Assembly (NCBI RefSeq): GCF_018977255.1 | Contig: NW_024704743.1 | Location: 93,374,001 to 93,438,000, forward strand | DNA length: 64,000 nucleotides | Direction of reading: 5' to 3' | Origin: Callorhinchus milii | Taxonomy: Eukaryota | Shown here: piece by piece, positions 27,850-38,764 of the stretch | Layout: every line of letters begins with the position of its first letter | Numbering within the stretch: the first letter of the stretch is position 1 | The notes under the pieces: model-generated | Seen by the model: only the letters and a program-made list of their open reading frames with translations | Told to the model about the DNA's origin: nothing | The model's database searches: none | Position numbers and translations under genes: made by a program

Positions 27850-28260
27850 TGCCAGCCTGGCTCAATTGGTAGCACTGTTGCCTCTGAGTTAGAAGGTTGT
27901 GAGTTCAAGCCCCATGTTAGGACTTGGAGCCCATATAGTCCAAGTTGACACTTCAGTGCAGTCCTGGGTGTGCTGTATTGTTGGAGGTGCTATCCTTTGG
28001 ATGAGATATTAAACCAAGATCCTATCTGCCTTTCAGGGCCTAAAGATCCTATGGCACTATTCAAAAAGAAACGCGAGTTTCTCCTGGGGCCCTGCCCAAC
28101 AATCCAAAAATGAAATAGGTAATTCACTCAGTGACTGTTTGTAGGACATTGCTCTGCACAAATTGTCTAAACATACACTTAGACGTCCTCCTTCAGTATA
28201 TCCTTTGAGATGTCCTCCTGACATGAAATCCAATGTAAATGTAAGTACTGTATTATTATT
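27850..28260 (+). mobile_element. Old DeuSINE-like element
   Basis: Same motifs as the 19445 copy. Confidence 0.8.
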
Positions 28261-28376
28261 AACCTTTAAGCATAACCGAAACTTGACATTTCTTTTGACT
28301 TTAATCTTATCCCTCTACACAGGGCAATGAATGTATTTCAGTGGGAGTGCTCGCCTTGATAAATTCTAATAAATTC

Positions 28377-28698
28377 TAATAATAATAATAATAATCCTTG
28401 CATTTGATATAGCGCTTTTCACGTCGGGAGGACGTCCCAAAGCGCTTCACAGAACACACTGTAAAGTGAATTGACTGTATATTTGTGGGCGAACGCGGCA
28501 GCCAATTGCACACAGCAATGTCCCACAAACAGGCGTAGATTGAAAATGACCAATTTATTATTGTTTTTTGTTTTGGAGGGATTATTATTAGGCATGTGGA
28601 GTAAGGAAACTTGCCCAAGGTTTCACCCTGCCTGGAATTGAACTCAGGTCTCTCGCTTGCAAAGCGAGTGCTCTAATCACTGAGCTACAGGACTCCAC
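28377..28698 (-). mobile_element. Young SINE subfamily C
   Basis: Near-identical reverse complement of the 22095 copy. Confidence 0.92.
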
Positions 28699-28712
28699 AA
28701 TTAATTAATAAA

Positions 28713-29982
28713 TGGTTTATCTGAAGTTGCCCAGAGAAATTCTCTTGTTTTTCAAATATATATATTCATATTTATAGACAGGAAGAAGCATAAAAAAGGT
28801 CTAGAGAACCATCAAGCTCACTCTAGGGAGGGAAAAACCTCATCTGAAGGATAGCACCACCCACATGATGCAGCATTCCCCCTAGCAATGCACTGATGTG
28901 TCAGACATCCTGTGTGCTGTGAACGTTTTAGCTTTGCCCTGCAAAGGGGGGCAGAACCCTGAGGCAGGGAAGCAACTAACAAAATGTTAGTTACTTCCCT
29001 TCCTCCCCCAAATGAGATTCATAATTACTTCTATGGGATCTGTGCTGGAGTTGACTTAAACCTAATAACCCTACTCACAGAGCCTTGCTGCCTGTTTACT
29101 TTTTGAAGTGATTAAATTCCCACTAAAGGTTCTGCATCTTTATAATTAATTTTTTCAAGGACTTGATGTTCTTGCTAATATAACTGTGCATTAATAATAA
29201 TAGCTATGCAGACACGGTGGGCCTACTGTGCTCTCTCAGTACTTTTGGACACCTCTGAAGCTTTCTCGATATTCATTCAACAAAATTTAACATACAAGAG
29301 CTAAATCAGACTGGAACCACTATCATTAATTTCAATTCTCCATAGCATAATAAAGCCTCCATGAACATGGATCTGATGAACCTCTCAAAGAATATCAATT
29401 TCTAAAAGTGTCAGTTTGGCTTAGGTGGTAGCAGTCTGCCCTCTGGGTTGAAAGATTGTGGGTTCAACTCCATCTCAGCTGACTTTTTTTCAACAAAATA
29501 TATATTTATTTGTTGATATATATTTACGCTTATCTCAGACAGTACCCAACCCATTACAGAAGAAAAGACGCCACATGTTATTATCCTGTTACATGATGCA
29601 ACAGACCACACCCCTTGTAGTGGGGGAGGGTTGCCTCTGAGCACTCCACTCCACTTTGGTGGAGGGAACAAGGCTTCTCCGCCTCAGGGTTCAGCCCCAC
29701 TTTGCACAGCGCAGCTACAAATGTACCCACTCCCTATCCCCCCTTCCACCCTTAGTGGGAAGTGCAGACACGTTCACAGCACAGAGGATGTCTGACACTT
29801 CAGTGTATTGCTAGGGAGAATGCCGCATTGTGGGTGATGCTATCCTTCAGATGAGGTTCTTCCTGGTGGTAACCTTACCGGTTCTCTAGACCTTTTTTAT
29901 GCTTCTTCCTGTCTATAAGTATGAATATACATATTTGAAAAACAAGGGAATTTCTCTGGGCAACAATCTTTCAGATAAACCA
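28713..29982. repeat. Long inverted duplication (arms 28713-28973 and 29673-29982)
   Basis: Direct reverse-complement match, e.g. GGTTCTCTAGACCTTTTTTATGCTTCTTCCTGTCTATAA. Confidence 0.9.
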
Positions 29983-30119
29983 ATTATCCACTTCATTGCT
30001 GTTTGTGGGACTCTTTTATGCAGCTCTATCCCTTTCAGCACAGATGACTTATACTTATTACATCTCATTAATCAGCCTGAGAATGTGTTGAGGATTTTCC
30101 TTGGTTAAACTTTTAATGA

Positions 30120-30477
30120 ATAAAATTCATACATTTGATATAGAGCCTTTCATGTCAAGAGGATGTTTCAAAATGTTCCACATGACTTTACTGTGGAGTT
30201 GTAGTGACTGTATTTTGTAGGTGAATGTGGAAGGCTGTTTGTACGTAACAATGTCGCACAACAGCATGTTCAACAGTCTTCAAGTGAACAATTTTATCTG
30301 GGAGGTTATTTTTGAATAGTCCCATGGGATCTTTAAAGTCCACCTGAACAGACAACCAGGACCTGGGTTTAACATGTCACCTGAAAATTGGCACCTTCCA
30401 AACATCCAGTCCAGAAATGGGGCTTCAACCCACAACCTCGGATTCAGAGGGAAAATTGCTACCAACTGAGCCAGACA
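30120..30477 (-). mobile_element. Old DeuSINE-like element
   Basis: Head at about 30477, CCATGGGATCTTTAA motif, tail at about 30130. Confidence 0.65.
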
Positions 30478-31311
30478 ATCACTTGAACGCTTACACACCA
30501 CTAAACATTAAAGGTGATACATATCATGATATTTTTTTAAAAAAACATTCAGTATACTGCTTCACAAAATATCCCCATAATATATAGAAATATATTGAAA
30601 AATACATATAATATAAAATCTTTCATATCATGTTAAAACAAAACAACTCAAACATGGGGTTCTCGACAATGTTGAACTTTTTCCTTCTCCTGTTTGTCAC
30701 AACCGCTAAATTTTCCATTCTTCATCTCTTCTTCCTGTTTACTTTCAGGAGAAATAGAGTTATTGGGAGGAGAGTCTGCTTTCTCCTAAATCAAATTGAA
30801 ATATACGCAAATCATTTTTGATATCGTTTTCTGTGGGCTGGACAACAGTCACATTAACTTAAGGGTTTCACTTCAATATGATGGAAATTTGCTCAGATAG
30901 GCAATGTAAAAAGAGACATTGTGCATTGCGAATTTCCATACAAATAACTTTCTTATTTATGATGACAGTTATTGAAATTGAGGGAGTTAAGAATACTAGA
31001 ATCTGACCTGTTGGGACAAAAATATATATGCACAAATGTTTGGTGTCAAAAATGGCTTTCACTAACAAACTGCAAAAGAGACAAAATTGCTTTTAATCTG
31101 AATTTGATTCTTGAGCTTTTTTGTGTGTTTTAGGGCTCATCTGGTGTAAGTGAAGGGAGTTTTTCTCAATATGCTGGCCAACAATCCCCCAAATAAAATT
31201 GTTCATTTACTCCACAGCTGTTTTAAAGTCATTGGCGTGTGCATATTCACTGCCACATTTGCCCACAAAATATTCACAGCCACATCACTTCACAGGATAT
31301 TCTGTAAGCAA

Positions 31312-31490
31312 GATCGAAAAGAAAGGTTTTCAGGTGAGTCTTGAAAAAGGGGAGAGAGGAGGCAAGGTGGAGTGATTGAGGGAGAGTGTTCCAGAGTTTC
31401 TGGGCGTAGTGGCTGAAAGCACGACCTCCAATGGTGAAGCGGAGGGTGCGAGGGACAAGCAGCAGGCCGGTGTCAGTCAAGCGGACTGGC
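31312..31490 (-). mobile_element. L2 C-terminal fragment
   Basis: [22 protein letters not shown]...FKTHLKTFLF. Confidence 0.78.
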
Positions 31491-31633
31491 AGGTATATAA
31501 CAAGCCCTACAGATGAGCACTTGAGAAGCTCAGAGGATGCAACTACAATAAACTCAGATAATTTGTCACTCCAAGGGAAAAGGGATCAGTGACAAGTTAT
31601 CAGGAGTGGCTAACCACAGGCCACAAGAGGGTA

Positions 31634-31816
31634 CTGTAACTGGTGCTGCACTTAACATAGGTTGTGATGCTCAGATGCATCACAGAGGCCTCTGGTCTAT
31701 TGGAGAGTCGTGTCGTGGGGCAGAAGGCCACAGTGCAGCCTCCATTAGACTAGAGGCCTCTGGATTGCATCCGAACATGCATGCCCAACCTCCACCGATT
31801 GCAGCACCAGTCACAG
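31634..31816. repeat. Imperfect palindrome (~183 bp), MITE/foldback-like
   Basis: 31634-31650 pairs with 31800-31816 (16/17); 31683-31705 pairs with 31740-31762 (21/23). Confidence 0.8.
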
Positions 31817-32002
31817 GATAGGGCAGGAGGCCTCTGTGATGAAACATGCTATCATAAAATAATAATATAGGTCGAGTTATCCGAAGTATGTACTTACAAG
31901 AATTTTTAGAATGTGACTAGTTATGTGTTAAGCGAGTGACAAATAAAGCCATTTAACATTTTGCAAGGGAAGCAGCTGAGATATTGGCAGCATGGCTACT
32001 TA

Positions 32003-33298
32003 AGTATGGAAACAGCCCTGGTCAAAGTCACTAATGACATTCTGAACATCTGTGATCAGGGCTCCCTGTGCCTCCTTGACATCTCTGCCACCTTTGACAC
32101 TGTCGTCCACTCTATCCTTATACACCGCCTCTCCTTTTTATTTAATTATCGTAGACCTTGCCTGGTTCGATTCCTATCTCTTTCACCATCTCCACTTTGT
32201 GGCCTCTAACGGTTTCTCCCCCAGCCCCGGCACTGTCACTTCTGGCGTCCCTCAGGGCTCTGTCCTTGGCCCTCTCCTCTTTAATATCTACATGCTCCCC
32301 CTTGGTGACATCATCCGCAGACATGGGGTCAACTTCCACATGTATGCGGATGACTCCCAACTCTATGTTTCTGCCTCCACCCTCAACTCCAGTACCACTA
32401 CTGTCCTGACAGACTGTCTGTCAGACATCAAGTCTTGGATGAGGGCAAATTTCCTACAGTTGAATGTGAACAAGGTTGAAGTCCTCCTGATTGGCTCGCG
32501 CCAGCGCCTCAGCACCTCAGGTTCTGGCAGCATCAACCTCCATGGTTCCACACTTCAACTCACCAGCCAGTCAGGAACCTCGGTGTCTTGTTCGACCCTC
32601 AACTGTCTTTTCTTCCCCACATCCAAGCCATGACCCGCTCTGCCTTCCCTCACCTCCATAACATCGCCTGACTCCGTCACTACCTCACCCTTCAGGCCGC
32701 TGAAACTCTTGTTCATGCCTTCATCACCTCCAGACTCAACTATGCAAACGCCCTGCTTGTCGGCCTTCTCAACTCCTCCCTCCACAGGCTGCAGATAATC
32801 CAGAACTCTGCAGCCTGTGTCCTCTCCCCCACCAAACTCTGTGACCCCAACTCCCCCATTCTCGCCCAACTCCATTGGCTCCCTATCCTTCAGAGGAACC
32901 AGTTCAAGATCCTGGTTCTCACATACAAAGCCCTCCATGGCCTCGCCCCAGCCTACCTCTGCGACCTCCTAACCCCCTACCAACCCACCTGCTCTCTCCG
33001 CTCAGCTGGCTCCAGCCTGCTCCACATCCCCCGACCCACCTGCCCCACAGGAGAGCCTTCAGCCACTCTGCCCCCAACCTCTGGAATTCCATCCTCCAAT
33101 CACTCTGCCTTGCCCCTCCTTAGCCTCCTTCAAGTCCCGCCTCAAGACCCTTCCCTTCAACCATGCCATCGACCACCCCCTTCCCCTCCCCTCTCCCCCC
33201 CCGACCCCAGCTCGGGTCGGAAATGCTGTATACTGTCCAGCGCCTTGGGAATTTCTCCCGACGTGAAAGGTGCTAAACAAATGTAATCTTGTTATTGT
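32003..33298 (+). mobile_element. Older L2 copy (A-related), RT region to tail
   Basis: [33 protein letters not shown] with frameshifts; hairpin and TTG-type tail. Confidence 0.88.
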
Positions 33299-33749
33299 TA
33301 AGTAGTAGCGGCTATTTAAGCCAGGGTCTTATGATCAGGAGTTTACTGTATGCTATTTGAGGAAAGCATATTACACACGGTATTGTACATTATAGTGAAA
33401 AGAGGCAACATTGTAAATCAGTGAAAACAGACATTGTGAACACAGTGAATACAGGATTCGGTGATCATTTTCTTTAGTTATTATAATTTACATTTCATCA
33501 GGAATGACAATAAAAGGCTAGCTGGGTTAGCTAGGCACCCGAGCTGGGTCGGGAGGTTCTGAGGAAGGTGAAGCTAAAGCTAACTCTCTATTTAAGGACA
33601 CCTGTAATTCCCTCAATCTACACATAATTACGCCAAGCACGTATTAGCTCCCCCCGAATCCAAAAGAAATCTTCAAGGAAAAATCAACACTGTCAGCACC
33701 AACAACATGATTACCAGACAGATAATCTATTCCACAGGTCCATATTTTT

Positions 33750-34090
33750 GGTCAGTCTGACATATGCAGAAACCCATCAGGATGATTAAGTGTATCTAAA
33801 CCAGACTAAAAGTTGCATACATAATGCTACTTGCACATGAACATTTTCCTAAGTCTGGAATAGAATGTGCACTCTCTGCCTAGAGAGACGCACCTTGCTT
33901 ACCTGAAGCCAGAGAGTATTGGGCATAAGATGACAAGAATCAAGGGGACCCCAAATTATGTGTCAGGTATTGCTGGAGTTCAACAAAGTAAAACTGCATT
34001 GTTTGCCATGCAGAGCACTTCCTAGCAAACTTCCCATTGCTTCTCCCAGTAGGACCACCCTATCCATAAGGGTTTGGATTGCAGAGCTAT
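33750..34090 (+). repeat. Unclassified interspersed repeat copy
   Basis: CTGACATATGCAGAAACCCATCA...GGAATAGAATGTGCACTCTC...GCTTACCTG. Confidence 0.7.
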
Positions 34091-34734
34091 CTGTCACCTG
34101 GCTGACCAAACCAAATACAAATAATTTAAGCATCCTAAATGCCTGTGTTTTATTGGCATTGAGTTGCAAAAGCTCAGTTTGAGGAAAGTCTTTGCTGTTA
34201 TTTTAGTTATCATTTTGAAAAAAAACTCACAAGATTTTGATTATCTAACAGGGAAGATTTATCAGCAACTAAATTTACCATTCAGGCTGATTTCAACCAG
34301 CAACATATCCAATTGAGCACCTCCAAATCATGCTATTTTATAGGACAACTTGGGTGAATGCAAAAGGAAGGCACATATGCTGATATGTGCGATCTAGACT
34401 CATACAATGATCCATAATAATCATAATAATACTAATAAACTTTGCATTAATAACATCTTGATGTAATGCTTTATCACATCATTGAAGTGTCGCAAAAGCT
34501 TCACAGAATTTTACTATGAAATATAGTCATTGTATATTTGTGGGCATACGTAACAGCCAATATTTGCACAGGAATGTCCCCAAAACAGCCATGAAGTGAT
34601 TAGGTTATATAGTAACTGTCATAATATTAGGCAGGAGCATGCCATTATTCCATCTCTCTATCCGTTCCAATATCTAAGAAGATTCATTTGATGTACCTAA
34701 CTAAATCTGATTGACAATAAATTGGAGCTCTCCC

Positions 34735-35403
34735 AACAATGCTCTGAGGCAGTGAGTAAAGCAAACCAGATGTTGGGATGTATCAAAAGATCAATAGCAA
34801 GCCAAAATAGTGGGGTTATCCTGCCACCATATAAAGCATTGGTGAGACGATACTTAGAGTATTGTGTGCAGTTCTGGTTGTCGCAGTACTAAAAGGATAT
34901 TGGAGAAATCTAGAAGATATAGAGGAGAGCAAACAAAATGATTGAGGGAATGGAGGCACTGGACTATGATGAGCAACTAAGTAAATTAGCCACATTCACG
35001 CTGGAAAAGAGAAGATTGAGGGGCGACATAATTGCTGTCTTTAAGATTCTAAAGGGGCTCGACAATATAGATCATCACAGGCTGTTTCAACTTGTCCAGA
35101 ATAGTAAAACCAAAGGTCGTGGCCTGTGATTGAAGTGGGGTACATTCAGAATCAATCTACACAAACACTATTTCAGTAAGCAAACAGTGAACCTATGGAA
35201 CAGGCTCCCTAGGGAGATGATTGAAGCAGAAAGTGTTGATTCTTTCAAACACAGATTAAATTGTTTTCTTTTAGTAAATAGCATTATGGGATATAGTACA
35301 TAGGTAGTTTGGGACATATGTGCATGCGACCACCAGGAAGGTGGAAGGCGAACTAGATGGAACTTGGTCTTTATTTGTTTTGCATTTCTTATGTTCTTAT
35401 ATG
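34735..35403 (+). mobile_element. CR1-clade LINE 3' fragment
   Basis: Translates (with stops) as KANQMLGCIKRSI...YKALVRRYLEYCVQFW...FTLEKRRLRGDII.VFKILKG...VNLWNRLP; TTCTTATG-type terminal repeat. Confidence 0.88.
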
Positions 35404-35544
35404 TAAATTGAATCAATGACCTTGAATGCTTTTCGTTGTCAGGAATTTGTCTAGTTGCTTTCTGAAACCCTTTCTAGTGTCTTGTTCCACCATCTGTACA
35501 GGAATTTTATCATTCTTTTGCTAAAAAAATCCGGGGTAGCCTAT

Positions 35545-35861
35545 TCCCTACCAACCTGCCTGGTCCCTCTGTTCAGCGGGCTCCGGTCTGCTCCATGTCT
35601 CCTGCCTGACCTGCCCTACCATCGGTGGCAGGGCTTTCAGCCTCTCTGCTCCCACACTCTGGAACTCCAACCCACAGTCCCTTTGCCTCGCTTCCTCCCT
35701 TGTCTCCTTCAAGGCCGGTCTCAAGACCCTCCTCTTCGATCGTGCCTTCCCTCACCCCTACCCATGCCCCATGCTCCCGTCCTGACCCCTGACTGTCCAG
35801 CACCTTGGGACGTCCTCCCGACATGAAAGGCACTCTATAAATGTAATTTTGTTGTTGTTGT
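35545..35861 (+). mobile_element. L2 3' fragment
   Basis: Similar to family A 3' end; hairpin and (TTG)n. Confidence 0.82.
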
Positions 35862-37904
35862 TCTCTTTTATTCTAATCTTGAAAACATCACCTTCCCCCT
35901 TGTTCAGGAATTTTGTACTTGACAAAAAAATCTGTTCCCACTCATTTTCACCATCCATTGACTACCACTGGAAGTGTACATGTAGATGACTTTTAAGACA
36001 CAGACCTTTATAACAGTCGCAGTTGTAATCCAGTCTTGTAGTGCTTTGTTTTCATTGAGATGTCAGGTCATCGGCATCTTCTTTTGGAAAATGTTTCAAT
36101 ATAAAAAGATATGAATCTATTCACTGTGTCCATTCATTTATAATAACTATTCTGTATAATACTTCTTTTATTCACCTTCATCATACTCCTTTTCAATGGT
36201 GATATTGTTCATTACTTTTCACTAATTTTCCAGAAACGTGGATTATATCTTGGCTTTTGTTGGTTTTCTACTTGTTCAGCTGTGTATTATTTAGCTGTAA
36301 CACTGGGGTTAATTTTATAGATAAAGCTTCAAGGCATTGATCTTTAATTATGGTTCTACTGCTTTCAACAGCAATGTATAATAGCCCAGTTAACATCCAT
36401 GACACGGCCTGCTCAAGTAGCACAGAATTCAGCACACCCTCCTCATTTGTAATCGTTTTAAACAAAAGCCAGTTCGATTCTTCAGTTATATTGTAAAATC
36501 AGTCCCCAAGGAACCACAGGAGACATTTTATCAGATTAGAGGGAAACCTTGCCAATTACACATCAAAAGAGAAGTTAAGGCAGAATGCAAAATAAAGGCT
36601 AAACAGGAAATAATCTCAGGAGTAGAAGAAAAACAGTGGGAAGTTATACACATATATATGTATATATAAAGCAGGTGGAAAGAGAACAACGGAATGGCAA
36701 ATGAGGTTGAAGAAAAATGATGCAGTTGAGAGAAATGTGCTGATGGAAGCAGACACAAACTAATATGATTCCCTGAGAGTATCTCTTTCCCAGTGATGTG
36801 CTTGTACAATACAGCTTGATGAATGGCAGCAACATTTTGTATCAAACTAGGTCACCATTTATCTTACTGCGTATAATTTTTCTCTTTTGGCATATGTTCA
36901 TTACCATTCTTTCAGGTCTCTCCAAGTTAAAAGCGCTCATACCAAATTTGCTGTTTCAGCTCCATCAGAATAGCTTGCGTCAATATAAAAGCTGTTAACT
37001 GATTGCAAAATTGACACATTTCTAATCTAAATCAATTTCCCAGAAAAAAGATCAGTACTTCTATCTTTTTTAATAGTCCTTTACCATCACCTTGTTTAGT
37101 CATCATTTTTCTGTGGCCAGAAACACATTAGTTCAATAGTTTGAGACAGTAGAAATGCATGCAGGGAAGGTTAATTATAAGGTTAGCACACCTAGTATAA
37201 TGCCAGCTGTGTTACAGAAGTCCATCAATTTCACCCCTTGACTCAGTTCTTCATTACAAAATGTCAAAGGACCATGCTTCAGCAGTTGTGCACAGAGTTC
37301 AAAGTGGTGCCCTTCAAGAACCATGACTTTCACACCAACAGTCACTGGCAGAGAGTGATATAGATTGGGGGAAGGAGCTTTCACATTCTTTCATGATCCA
37401 GCAGCGTGAACTGTTTTGCAGACCACAGCAACACTGCTCACAGAGGACTCCAGCTAAATATTAAACCAATCTTATTCATAAAGAAAACCTCAGAGTTTAG
37501 AACTGAAACCCATGATATGGGAGTTAAGACAATACTTTTTTTCAAAAGGAAAAAAAATTACATAGATGATTCCTGTTCAATGAAATAGGTTGGGATCGAG
37601 AAAAGCTATTTGTAGCTAAATATTAGACTGTCAAATTGAGTTTTTTGTTAAATAACAGCAACAACTTGCAATTATATCATGCCATTCATGCGGGGTAGTG
37701 TCTCGGAGCACTTAAATACTTACAGCTCAAAAGATTTCAGAAATTCAGAGGGATAATCTGTAAGTAAGATGTTACAATGCAGAGCGTTTCTAAAACCCAA
37801 CATCAAATGTGCCAAATGGTGCCATTCTTCAGCCTCTGCATATTTCAATTGCTTTACAGAAGATGAAGAATTCTATACATCTGTGCTAAACTCATTTATT
37901 TCTA

Positions 37905-38225
37905 TCAAACCTCATGTCACGACTTTGAGCTCATAACATTGTTGAAGTTGTCGTCCTTCAGGTGAGATCTTAGCCATGGTTCTGTCTGCTTGTTAAAGAT
38001 CCCATGATAGAATTCAAAAAAGAGAATTTCTCCTGGTCAACAATTCTCCAGATAAAATTGATCATTCACTTCATGGCCGTTTGTGGGCATTGCTGTGTGC
38101 AAATTGACTTCTGTGTTAGCCTACAAATATATAATTACTATACTTCACTATAAAATTCATGTAGCTACTTCGAGACATTCAGATAACATGATGAGGTGAT
38201 ATATCAATAGCAGAAACTATTATTA
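37905..38225 (+). mobile_element. Old DeuSINE-like element
   Basis: TTAAAGATCCCATG and GTTTGTGGGCATTGCTGTGTGCAAATTG. Confidence 0.6.
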
Positions 38226-38457
38226 TTTCCAGTTACTGGAAATTGTTCCTACTCTCAATTACAAAATCCAATTTTTAATTATGAAATTAGTTATGAAACA
38301 ATGCAATATTGCCCCATTTTACTCACAGAGAAACATCTCAAAGCACTTCAACAGTAATTATTATCAAGTGTTCTTTTTCTGGCCAAAAGAGCAGCCATTG
38401 GTATCAGCTAGCGCAAACAAGCTTCAGTGTCCTGCTAAACAGCACTCAAATCATTAT

Positions 38458-38764
38458 AGTTATGAGGAGAGATTGGAGAAGTTGGGTATATTTTCATTGG
38501 AGCAAAGAAGGTTGAGAGGGAACCTGGTAGAGCAGTACAAAATAAAGAGTTTTGACAAGGTAAATAAGGAGAAGCTATTTCTACTGATAAAGCTGTCGGT
38601 CACAAGATGATATAAGAGAGTCACAAGAAGAGCAATTTGGAAAATTCATTCTACTTAGTGAGTTGTTAGGAAGTAGAAGGTCCGGCCAAGCAAGGTGATA
38701 GACTCAGATTCCATTGTGGGTTTCGAGAGGGATATAAACAACTAAATGAAAGATAGTAGCTAGA
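38458..38764 (+). mobile_element. CR1 3' fragment (continues at about 42132-42190 after the L2 insertion)
   Basis: YEERLEKLGIFSLEQRRLRGNL. Confidence 0.8.

Noticed and set aside
30700..30821. Strong splice acceptor at 30748 (also 6792, 16250, 17990)
   Set aside because: Stops follow quickly in all frames and there is no consistent exon chain or recognisable protein.
33903..34169. Minus-strand exon with strong donor CAG|GTAAGC
   Set aside because: All frames are closed before the donor, and the region is a copy of the unclassified repeat.
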